Shown in pieces: positions 1 through 11,718 of a stretch of DNA of 64,000 nt. The position numbers and the translations under genes were made by a program. The notes beneath the pieces are model-generated. The model was not told where the DNA came from, ran no database searches, and was given only the letters and a program-made list of their open reading frames with translations. Within the stretch, counting starts at the first letter, position 1. Every line of letters begins with the position of its first letter. Origin of the DNA: Octopus sinensis (Eukaryota); the NCBI RefSeq assembly GCF_006345805.1, contig NC_043008.1:31620001-31684000 (forward strand), written 5' to 3'.

Positions 1-9
1 GTGTGGTGT

Positions 10-89
<80 letters not shown>

Positions 90-2704
90 CTTGTGTGTGG
101 GAGGGATGGTTTGTTCATTTCATAATTTCTCTTTTCAATTCCATTTTTTTCCCTTTCACTTTGATTAATAACGGTTGTCTTAATAACTTTTAAAATGTCA
201 TTGTGATACATTAGTTTTAATACACGTCCACTTGCGCCAGCTGCTGCAGTCTAAGAAGGTCAAGTAAGTATGCAAGTTTGAAACTCATCCTTTGCCCACT
301 GTGTTTATGTGCATCTAAGGCTATTTACGATGTCTCATATAGGCTTGTAATATATGCTTGTTGTCTTTATCAACTTGTCCGTTGTTATATTATATATCTA
401 AGACTACATATGCATGCTCTATTATATTTTGTGTACAGTATGCATTACAGGACCTTATTCCTCTTGTGTATTCTTAATTCTTTCCACTGGTTCCACTCAG
501 TTCCCAGCAGCCATATTAAGGCATCATCTTCATCATCATCATTGTTCGACCGTGGTCGAGACAATGGAATTTACCATGCTACGCCAGACTTCACGGTCCA
601 TCATATTGACCAAGGATTTTTCATCGAATGGATAAGTTTATTGAATGTATAAATTATGGTTTTTGTCATAAAGGGATACGATTGGAGGTGGCTTACACTG
701 GAAAACATAAATGCTCACACACACACACACACACACACAAACAAACAAGCAAACACAAACAAGCAAGAAACACAAACGCAACAGGTTTTGCTCCGTTTTT
801 ACCAACCTAATTCCACTTACAAGCTGTTGATAAACTGCAGTAGAAAGTAATTCCCCAAGGCGCTGGGCTTTGAGATCGAACACGGAATCATGTCCTTATA
901 AAGCGAATTTTTATAACTTCATTGTCGGACATACTTCTTTTTTTAAATTTATGGATTTATCAGAGTACCATTTTGGAGGATTTCTTAAACAAATGAGAAG
1001 ATATCCTCCGACCGGAGAGATGCCCTGATTGCTTACTTGCTTACAATCAGGATTCTCTTATTGACATTCAAAAACCAGGGACAAATGTTAAACAGGGCGA
1101 TGGAGTAAGCCTTTGTTTATGGTTCAAATGGTCTTCTTGGATCAATTTTTGATAAATAGCATTTTGTATCTGCCATATAAAAAGAAGACTATGTAAACAT
1201 GTGTACTTAAAAAAGAATCGTTTTACACGCATTTTCTTATTTACTGAAGAATTAATTCTGCATTATCTGCCTTATTAATACAGAGTGGAGACTGACAGAG
1301 ATATCTTACGGGTAATATATCCTACGGCATTTGGATCCATTTACTTTCAAGGTCGACTTGGCTTTACCACTTTCTGAGATCAATAGAGTATCGTCAACAA
1401 CTACTGGGTCGCTTTAATAGATAATATCTCACCTCCTAAAGACTGACTTTAGAACTGTTAGATCTTATAAATAAGTCTCTGTGGATGTGTGTGGATGAGT
1501 GTGGATGTGAGTGTGTGTATGTGTGCTTGCTTGTATGTGTGTGTGTGTGTGATCTCTTCACAAGTGAATAGTTGAAAACTGGGAGTTCAAACTTCGTCTC
1601 GAAACGTAACTCGAATCGACAAACAATAAAGAAAGAAAAAAAGACTGAAGACAATATGCAGTTTAATTTTTAAGTAAACCACCAAAAAAATACGAAAGAA
1701 ACATACGAAGTAGTTCATTCAGATCGATATATCAATAAGTTATATAAATATCAACTCCAATTCGATTTTACTAAAAACAGCAGAAAAGAAACTTTGTATG
1801 AATCACATTGTTATGTCAATTTATTGCGTAACAGTGACGTAATAATTTCTTGGAATTCTCACAGATTTTAAACAAGCAGGAGACGGTGTTTGATGCCTTG
1901 AGAAGAATCTCATACAAGTTTATTTTTGGGACAATTGACGTAAGTATAAAAAACGATTTTTCTTCTTCAGCTTTCTAATTTTTCAAAAACACCCAACCAA
2001 TATTAAACGATATTGGAATAAACATAATTTAGCTGTAGCTGGATAAAACTTATGAGTTGAAGAAATGTTTTTACTATGTCTATTGAAAGTAGCCTCGGAA
2101 ATATTTATGTAACCTTTATATTTTTAGAAGTATAAACAGAGCAGTGAATAAAAAAATAAGCTTTATAATTGAATTGTGTAATTGGAATCATCAATATTAA
2201 AAGAATCTTGGAAACCACACAGTGATTAAAAAAAACATAAATATGAGTGTTTTCGAGAATTTTCTTGACAAGGCAAGCTTTAATAATTCTTTTCTCTCGG
2301 TATAATTTACATACTCCAAACTAATTAATAAGCAGCTTTCTTTATTATAATTTAGATGCAATCTACAGTATAAATATACATACGATACACTAATATATTT
2401 ATGTATAGTGAAGGCAAGTGGCTTAGTGGTTAGTGAATTCGGTTCACGGTCGTAAGGTCGTGAATTTGATTCCAGTAATTATGTTGTGACCTTGAGCAAG
2501 ACACTTTGTTTCACATTGCTCCAGTTTACTCAGCTGGTAAAAATCAGCCACGTTGAATCTTCCTGAGAACTACTTTAAGAGTATGCAAATCTGTGGAGTT
2601 CTCAGCCACTTGAAAGTTAATTTCACAAGAAGACTGCTCCGTTGATCGGATCAACTGGGACCCCCGTCATACCTATGTATGAGTGCCAGCATACCTATGT
2701 ATGT

Positions 2705-2747
<43 letters not shown>

Positions 2748-3829
2748 ATTTCTCTCCGTCATTGTATTGGAGCCATACCAAGGCACAGACACGAAGGGTT
2801 TTAGTCGAAATTAGCTCTAGTACTTATTTCAAGTATGTTTCTTATTCTATCAGTCTCTTTTGCCGAACTACTAAATTACGAGGACATAAATAAACCAATA
2901 TCGATCGTCAAGCGGTTGGGATCAAAACAACAAGACATGCACATATGCAAACATAAAACATAATATATGCGCACATTCATAAACCAGCATACACCCGTAT
3001 GTGTGTATGAATTGCCGCCTTATAATCAGAAACTACAAAACAAATATCCCCCAAAACTTACACGTTATTATCTCTCATTTCACAGGGAAATTTTGTATAA
3101 CATTTATTATGAGCAATAACAGACAAATCTCCCTCAAACCACACCCTTCGACAAAATTTCCGTTTTCAAACATAGAACCCTTTGAATACGGCAATATATG
3201 AATAGTAACGATAATTGAAGGTATTAAAATGGTGTCATATTGGTTTCAAATTTTGGCACAAGGCCAGTAAAATCAGGTGAGGATGTAGTTACTTATTTTA
3301 TCGGTCCCGGAAGGATGAAAAGCAAAGTCGATTTCGGTGGAACTTAAACTCAGAACGAAAATAGTGTCAAATTAATAAAAGTTCTCTTATAAGAATGTTA
3401 ACTCTGAGATACTCTTGTTGTACTTACCAACAGCACTAGGAAAGCAAATAAATGAAAATACGTTCATTGCATTAAACAAAGATGCTTAGATAAACATACT
3501 ACGCAATATTTTAAATGGCAGGACAACATTATCCTCCATCAAAATTTGAACGCAGTGACTGCACTTAGAAGAAACAAGAGTAGCAAACTACTAAATGAGT
3601 GCCTTAGTGTGTATGTGCAGTTGTAAGTATGCATGCATATAAATTGAATGAGCCAATGAGGAAGGTCTCTACATCTCAGATAGGCCTGATTAAAATAGCA
3701 GTTACGTCTTCTTAAAACCACACCTTCTCCTTAGTGTGTTCTATAAACCGTACTCTGCGATGCTATGCACTACTACACGCATACACGCGCGAATACATAT
3801 ACATGTATGCATACATGCAACCAAAACTG

Positions 3830-4527
3830 TTAGAGCTCCAAGATGCAACCGAAAATGTAGATTATGTCATATTTCTGAGGAAGACATTACACGTTTGATA
3901 GGTAACTGCCCAAATATGTCATCAAGGTACCACCTCTCTATGTGATACGACGTAGTCGCAAAAATAATCTACAGTGCCATTCAGAAAAAAAGACTTACCT
4001 GGAATAAATATAGGGAACTCCTCTGTTATTGAATACATATACAAACATCAACACAAGAGATGCTGATGGAACATTTCCATCAAAACTTCTGTCAAGTATA
4101 ACGATAACAGGCTGTATATTATTGTTTGGAACAGAAAAGAAAAGAGGTCAGCTGTCCTTACTGATGTGAAAATTTCTTTAAAAATCAAAGAGAAAGAGAA
4201 TAACTATGGACAGCTGCTTCGAAACCTCCAGCTTCTATATCCAAATTACAAATTTACATTTATACCAATAATAATTGGTGCACTTTGTTTTGTTAGTAAA
4301 TGCCTAAGTGACAATCTGGATAAGCTAATGTTTTCAGAGGAAGGAATCAACCAATTAACTTGCATATTGCATATATAATCTGTAAGCGGAACGATAAAAT
4401 TATGCAAGATTTTTCTCAAGTTTAAAATGTGAAAATTATTTTTGTTATATCCATTCCAAAGGTGGCGCTTTGTATATTTTGTAGAAACCAGCTCCTTCCC
4501 CAGAGGAAGAATCGAAATAATTAAAAA
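3830..4527 (+). mobile_element. Degenerate 3' fragment of an RLE-type (R4/Dong-like) non-LTR retrotransposon
   Basis: Broken frames encode a CCHC finger (CRLCHISEEDITRLIGNCP) and the post-endonuclease segment KEKENNYGQLLRNLQLLYPNYKFTFIPIIIGAL. The 3'UTR is shared with the copy at 43.1-43.9 kb. Confidence 0.75.
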
Positions 4528-4575
4528 TAGAATATACGTGTCTTTGTGTGTGAGTGTGTATGTGTGTGTGTGTGT

Positions 4576-4626
<51 letters not shown>

Positions 4627-4635
4627 TGTGTGTGT

Positions 4636-4672
<37 letters not shown>

Positions 4673-5494
4673 CTTTTTATCCTTTTTTTCGTTTCAGTCA
4701 TTGGAGTGATGCTTGAAAGGTTTAGTCGAACAAATCGACCACCACTACAGATTTTTTTAAATCGGGTACATATTTTCACAGTTTCCTTTGGCTAAACAAA
4801 CCAACACCGGTTTTCAAGCAGTGTGGTGACATGCACAAACACAGACGACATAGGATAGTCGATAACATCGACCCCAGTACTTGACTGGTACCTCATTTTA
4901 TCATCGCCAGAAGGATGAAAGATAAAGTTAGCCTCATTACGGAAAGCCAGTGTGGTGACACGCACAAACACAGACACACATGTATGTATACAATAGACAT
5001 CCACACAGTTTCCATCAATCAAAATCACTCACAAGACATTCGAGGTGCTAATATTAAAATTCACAAGAGTATATAGAAAGTTCGGAGAGAGAAGTTCAAA
5101 TTAAAATCCAAATGTGAAAATTAACGTATACAGCCTACGGCCATTTTAGGAACGTAATGGTAAGAGTAGATATCGATTTAAAATCCATTCCAGTGTCGCT
5201 AGTTTCTTCATCAGGGATACTAATTGTTGGCATGAATCTAAACATCGCGACTCAACACATCGTTATAAACACACCATATCCCTTTATTAATACACAACAC
5301 AATTTTCTAAAAGATGTACATAAAAGTAGTTTTTCTGTGACAATAAGAAAATTAACAAAGATGAATATTTTTTTGAAGGTGACTTGTTTATTCAGAGACT
5401 CTGTCAAAACAATTTTATTGCTTTGCTGCATAATTTTTCATTTCTCACATTAATCATTTTTAGGAAAATGGAAGCAAATTTGTAGATATTTATT

Positions 5495-5782
5495 GTTTGT
5501 TCCTTCTCGAGCCATGCCTGGCTCATTAGGGCCGGTTTCCCGGTTTCCTTGGCGTATAGATTCCCCGCCTGGACGGGACGCCGGTGAGCTGCAAGATGCA
5601 GGAGGAAAGAGTGAGAGAAAATTGTGGCGAAAGAGTCAGAAGTTCGCCATTACCTTCTGCCGGAGCCGCGTGGAGCTTAGGTGTTTCGCTCATAAACACA
5701 CACATTGCTCGGGCTGAGATTCGAACCCGCGATCCCTCGACCGCGAGTCCGCTGCTCTAACCACTAGGCCATGTGCCTCCAC
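5495..5782 (-). mobile_element. tRNA-derived SINE (CpG-rich, apparently young)
   Basis: The minus strand has pol III A-box TAGTGGTTAG and B-box GGTTCGAATC, then a core shared with 44287-44675 and a tail ending in (AAC/AAT)-type repeats. Confidence 0.8.
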
Positions 5783-6589
5783 GTAAATATTTATAATGAC
5801 AAGAAAATTCAGAATATCAACTGAGATGTCTTTCGCAGTGGTTTGGTGTATAAATGCGCATGCAAACTAATAAAAACAATTAGCGAAAAGATGCAGTCAC
5901 GTGAGAAAATAGAACGAGAGCATTGGTGTATAGTTTTAGAACATTCAATGTGAATCACTGTATTTAGCTAAAAACAATTTGTTTTCCACTGGGACTTCCG
6001 ATATATCTCACTACTCAATGGAAAGTCTAGTAAAATTTGATCTGGCAAATGAGCGCTTATTAAGAGGCATGTTATATCATAGGAATCATTGCAGTGGGTT
6101 ATGGCTCAAGAAACTCATTGAATATTGAGGAAAAACTGTTCAGAATGAAATAAACAATTTTGGGTGGACAGCAAGCTAAATATTTCAGTCTTATTCTTAG
6201 ACTGCATGCCAGATTATGTTTCAGTTAATATTTAAATATAAAAGACGAAGTAACAAAGAAGCAATTTGTTAGTTATAAACCAGAGATATTACAGGCAAAG
6301 ACTTCTATAAAGGTATAATTGATTTTATGAGAGAGAGAAAGGGCGAGAGATGAAGAGAGAAAGAAAGAGGAGAAGAGAGAGAAATGAGAGGGAGAGGAAG
6401 AGAGATTTAGATTTTAGAAATGCTGAGATCAAGGGATCAATAATGTATCAAATATTTGAGTGGATCATGAGGAATAATTCATGGAGGACACCGATATCGT
6501 TTATCAATGACTTGTAGGGACGCGGTATTTCGTTATGGAACCATGATATACTGTGAAGTATATTAAACGTTTTTATAAGTCTAAACTCT

Positions 6590-6801
6590 GTTAGCAGTGT
6601 GCTTTGCGGCCATGCTGGATACGGCCTTGAAGAATTTTTAGTCGAATGAATCGACCCTGCTACTTACCATTTTTAAAGTCTGGTATTTATTCCATCAGTC
6701 TCTTTTGCCGAACCACTAAGTTACAGGAACGAATGCACCAACACCGATTGTCAAGCGGTGGTGGGAACAAATACAGACGCAAAGACACATGTACATAGAT
6801 G

Positions 6802-6843
<42 letters not shown>

Positions 6844-7040
6844 ATATTATATATATATATATTATATACATGCACGACGAACTTCTCTCAGTTTCCGTAT
6901 ACCAAATCCACTCACAAGGCTTTGGTTGGCCCAAGGCTATAGTAGAAGACACTTGCCCAAGGTGTCACGCAGTGGGACTGAACCCGGAACCATGTGGTTG
7001 GAAAGCAAGCTTCTTACCATACTGCCACGCTTGCGCCTAT
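6590..7040 (-). mobile_element. tRNA-derived SINE family B with internal (TA)n
   Basis: Homologous to the full copy at 44913-45323 (CCTTGGGCAAGTGTCTTCTACTATAGCC core; GGAAACTGA..AGAAG before the microsatellite). Confidence 0.8.
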
Positions 7041-7682
7041 CCATACAGCCACGCCTTCGCCTATATTTATATATATGTGTGTCTATGGATGCACGTGCGC
7101 ATGCGTGTGTGTGTATATGATAGCCTTAACTTGATAGCTCAAGCTGCTGGGTATCCACTTCATTTTGAGGTTACTGTAGAGCACTTACATGTTTTGTTTT
7201 CTGCCTCACTTGGGCGATGGCATGTACTGAAAAAACATGTTAAATGCCTCACTGCAAAACCTTTATGTGAGACCAGATGGGAGTGCAAATTAAAATGTGT
7301 CAAAGCCATTAAATATGAATCATAGGAATTCGGGAAGCTCTTTATGAACTTTCAGAAATTCCTGTCTCTGATCCTGCAATGCGACATTAAGCAGAGACTT
7401 GTATGACAAAACGAAGATCACAGTTTATTTGTGTTTCTGATATGATGTCTTAAGCAGAGTTAATGTTGTCAAGCACGGTGGCAATATATGAAACTATCCA
7501 CTGCAATTTCATTAAGGAATACTCTTCCTAATTGCTCTATTACCGTGCAAATGGATATGAAAGAGTACTAGTAGCAGTAAAAGAATTAATTATAGAATAG
7601 ATGCAATACCCATTTATAAAAAGAAAAGAAAAGAATAAATACAGCGATAAAAGGCAGTTGGAATATCAGTGCTTGGATCTTT

Positions 7683-8113
7683 TCGGTTTGAACGGCAGTT
7701 TTTTCTAGCGGTGTCATATGAAATTGTCACCCATAATTATGATCCTAGTATCGATCTATTGCATTTCAATCTGTTTTAGGGTTAGGGTTAGAGTTAGGGT
7801 TAGTTAGGGTTAGGGTTAGGATTAGGGTTAGGGGTGGGAGGAAGTGTATCTTTTTTTCTTCAGAAATGTAAATAAACTCAATCTGTTTCTTAAACGAGAG
7901 ACACATTCATACGACACAAAATGTTTTCACCTCAGTAGACGCCATTGACTGGTTGAAATTGCAGAAAAAAACAACAAATATCTCACAAACTATAGATTTT
8001 TCTCAATAAAGCCAAGAGAAAAAGATGTTTTATAAACACATTCTACCAGTATACGAAGTTTAAAAGTCTTTAGTTACGTGGAAATTATTTTTAAAAGCTG
8101 CCGGTCAAACCGA
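7683..8113. mobile_element. Non-autonomous TIR element carrying internal (TTAGGG)n
   Basis: TIRs TCGGTTTGAACGGCAGTTTTT and AAAAGCTGCCGGTCAAACCGA match at 19/21 positions. A degenerate TTAGGG array lies at about 7776-7832. Confidence 0.7.
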
Positions 8114-8445
8114 TGCTAAGATTCCAAATATAGTGTATTAAAAAGAAAATTTTTAAATCATTTTTTCAATGCATATTCGATACAGTTATTCATTCAGTTA
8201 TCAGAGATTTGAATATTTACAGTTTCAGTAACACGAGGCGATTTCTAAATAACGTAGAAGACTTAAGAAATGATGTTAAACTGAGATTAACATGTTAAGA
8301 TTCGGCGGATAAGTTAAGTTGTACATAAGAGTAAAAGGATTAATAGATATGATCTTTTAACTAAATTCTATGTTACAAAAGAATTATTTCTTAAAAGGTT
8401 CATAGCCTCGTTTCGAAACCATTAAATTCATCAATAAGAAAGTTA

Positions 8446-8579
8446 CAGGCTGTGTGGTAAGTGGCTTGCCCAAGGTACCACTGTGTGGTACCTTGGGCAA
8501 ATGTCTTCTACTATAGCCTCGGGCCGACCAAAGCTTTGTGAGTGGATTTGGTAGACGGAAACTGAAAGAAGCCCGTCGA

Positions 8580-8613
<34 letters not shown>

Positions 8614-8840
8614 ATGTATGTATGTATGTATGTATGTGTGTGTGTGTTTGTCCCCCCACCCCACCATCGCTTGATAACCGATGCTGGTGTCAGCAAAAAC
8701 TTAGCGGTTCAGCAAAAAGAGAACGATATAATAAGTACTAGGCTTACAATGAATAAGTCCTAGGGTCGATTTGCTCGACTAAAGGCGGTGCTCCAGCATG
8801 GCCGCAGTCAAATGACTGAAACAAGTAAAAGAATAAAAGA
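8446..8840 (+). mobile_element. SINE family B with internal (TA)n(TATG)n
   Basis: Same head, core and tail (CTCCAGCATGGCCGCAGTCAAATGACTGAAACAAGTAAAAGA) as 44913-45323. Confidence 0.85.
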
Positions 8841-10334
8841 AAGAATATGATATCCAATCTGCGATGTTGCAGTGGCTACAGAAGAGAAGAGATTTAATGA
8901 AATAAAGCGTTTATTGACATATAATATTGTAAAACGATATAGAAAATGGCATGTAAACATTTTCAAATCCAAAGTTAAGATACACAAATAAACAAATAAA
9001 TAAATAAATGTGTGTGTGTGTAAGTGTGTGGGTGTGTCTGAAAAATGCTCCAGTATGGCCGCAGTCTAATGATTGAAACAAGTACAAGTAAAAGCAAATA
9101 AATACCTATGCAAACACACAAAAAAAAAACTGAAATGCACTTTCACATGATTCGTGTAGACGGAAACTGAAAGAAGCCCGTCGCATATATGTGTGTGTGT
9201 ATGCATGTATGTATGTATATGTGTACATATGTTTGTGCGTGTGTTTTCCCCCACCATCGCTTGACAACCGATGCTGGTGTGTTTATGTCCCCGTAACAAG
9301 AATAAAAGCAATAAGCACAAAATTAAGTTCAGAACAAAAGACTAATATGCGTTTATGTATATAATAAACCTGAATTACTTTTCCTGTACGAATGGCAAAG
9401 ATAACGCAATCGGAGAACATCTGAAGTTTCACGTTACAATCAATCAATGGTATCATTGTTACGTCATAGTAACTCTAATCAATCTACCTTTATTAGATGC
9501 TAGTTCGATTCCTCTCGCTTTGTGGCAGCAAGTTTGAGACCTATCACTTTGCTGATGGTTACCTTTAATTTTTTTTTATCTTTCACTGGTTTTAGTTGTT
9601 GGATAGCGGCCATGCTGGGGCACCGCTTTGAAGAGTTTAGTCGAACAAAACAACCGCAGTACTTATTTTTTTATGTCTGGTATTTATTCTACTTATTCTA
9701 TCGCTCTCTTTTGCCGAACTGTTCGATTATGGGGACGAAGACAAACCAATACACACACGGTAAGCTTTCACACAGTTTCCGTCTACCAAATTCTCTGACA
9801 AAGTATTCGTCGGTTCGGATCTACAATAGAAGACATTTGCCGTTCAGTGGGAGTGAACCCGAAATCACGTGGTTACAAAGCAAGCTTCTTAACCATACAG
9901 CCATGCCCGTTCCTATGAGATAGTAAAACATGAGATAGTCAACATTTTTGCCCATTTAAAATATTACTTTTGATATTGGTTTCAAATTTTGGCACAAGGC
10001 CAGCAACTTCGGAGGAGGAGGTGGCAAGTCGATTACACCGACCTCAGAGCTCAACTGGTACTTATTTTATCGGCCTCGAAAGGATGAAATGTAAAGTCGA
10101 CCTCGACGGAATTCGAACTCAGAGCGTAAAGACGGATGAGATGCCACTAAGCATTTTACCCGGTATGCTTACGATTCTGCCTACTAGCCGCCTTAATGCT
10201 ACTGCTAATATAAAATTTATTTAGTTTAAATACAGTCCTCGAGAGATTTTGGAAATTATTAACTTTACCTCTGTTTTCATTTTCAGAAAAGTGAATGTTA
10301 TATTAAGCGCTTTTTAATTAGGCTAATTATTGCC

Positions 10335-10430
10335 TAATAAATAATCTTAATAAATAATCTTAATAAATAATTTTAATAAATAATCTTAATAAATAATCTT
10401 AATAAATAATCTTAATAAATAATCTTTTAA
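10335..10430. repeat. 13-bp minisatellite (TAATAAATAATCT)n
   Basis: Direct tandem copies are visible. Confidence 0.85.
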
Positions 10431-10586
10431 TATTGTTTAACTCAATAAATAATCTTTTAATAAATAAATAGCTTAATGAATAATCTTTTAATACTGTTTA
10501 ACTAAAATCGTATATTTTAGAAATACTTAAATTCATATTTTATAAACTCAGTATATACATTGTATAATATTTACATTCATTTAGAT

Positions 10587-10647
10587 CAGTGTTCAGGTTA
10601 CACCGTGACACACCAGTGTACCGCGGCATACCAGTTGCGGAGCACTG
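10587..10647. mobile_element. 61-bp hAT-like miniature element
   Basis: CAGTG...CACTG termini flanked by 8-bp near-duplications ATTTAGAT / ACTTAGAT. Confidence 0.55.
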
Positions 10648-11340
10648 ACTTAGATGACTTCTCCATAAACATCGTTCTTTGTCAAGGTTCTGTTTTCATT
10701 ATTATGATGTGTGGTTAGCTAGCTAGCAGAATCGTGAGCACTCCAGGCATAATGCTTAGCGGCATTTCGTTCGTCTTTACGTTCTGAGTTCAAATTTCGC
10801 CGAGGTCGTTTTTTGCCATTCATCCTTTCGTGGTCGATAATAAACGTACCAGTCAAACACTGGGGGTGGAGTAATCGATTTAGCCCCTCCCCCGAAACTG
10901 CTGGCTTTGCGCCAGAATTTGAAATCATTATTACGATGTGTCTTTCTGGCTGATTTGAAGGAGACTTGATTGCTATTTCTAGCACCTCAAGACACCATAT
11001 AAAAACGCTTACGTTTGTGAACAGGTCTGCGTGCTTGTGTGTTAGTGAGCGCACGCGCGTTAGTAATATCTGCAGCAAACGATGAATACTAAATAGTTTT
11101 GTATGAACATAGAAACCTCTCGTTGAAAATTTTCTATGGCGGATCGTACTTTTAGAAGTTACACTAAAGATAATTCATTTACTGCAAACAATTACAAAAG
11201 ATATATGTTTTTCAATTCAATTTGTTTCCGTTCTTTAATACTATGTTCATATAGATGTATAATAATATACGTGTGTATGTATATATGCATATATGTATAT
11301 ATTTATATATACCTATGTCTGTCTGTATGTATAAATATAT

Positions 11341-11718
11341 ATATTGTTGTATTTAGGAATGGTCATTTTGCCAGTTTAGCCAATAAAAACACACGCACGA
11401 TATATTTGGTGTTACTTTGCTTCAGCGTAATTTATTTTTTACATTAATCTTAATCTTATTTCGGCCAGAGTTCTTTCGTCACATACAATAGAAATACAAA
11501 ATGGCTGACCGTTGGTAAGGAGAGACACACAAATAAGAAAGAAGAAAACAAAGGACCACTGATGCGGTCACAGGAGTGTGACGAAAGAACTCTGTCCGAA
11601 ATAAGATTAAGATTAATGTAAAAAATAAATAACGCTGAAGCGAAGTAACACCAAATATATAGTGCGTGTGTTTTTTTGGCTAAACTGGCAAAATGACCAT
11701 TCCTAAATACAACAATAT
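11341..11718. repeat. Long inverted repeat (~140-bp arms, 93-nt spacer), probably Penelope-like element derived
   Basis: 11341-11483 is the near-perfect reverse complement of 11577-11718. A hammerhead-like motif overlaps the inner right arm. Confidence 0.8.
11553..11597 (+). ncRNA. Degenerate type-I hammerhead ribozyme-like motif
   Basis: GGACCA-CTGATG(C)G-GTCACA-GGAG-TGTGAC-GAAA-GAACTC-TGTCC: perfect 6-bp stem II, GAAA core and NUH triplet CUC, with one core substitution. Confidence 0.45.

Noticed and set aside
7776-7832. True telomere or chromosome fusion scar
   Set aside because: Short, degenerate and enclosed by TIRs.
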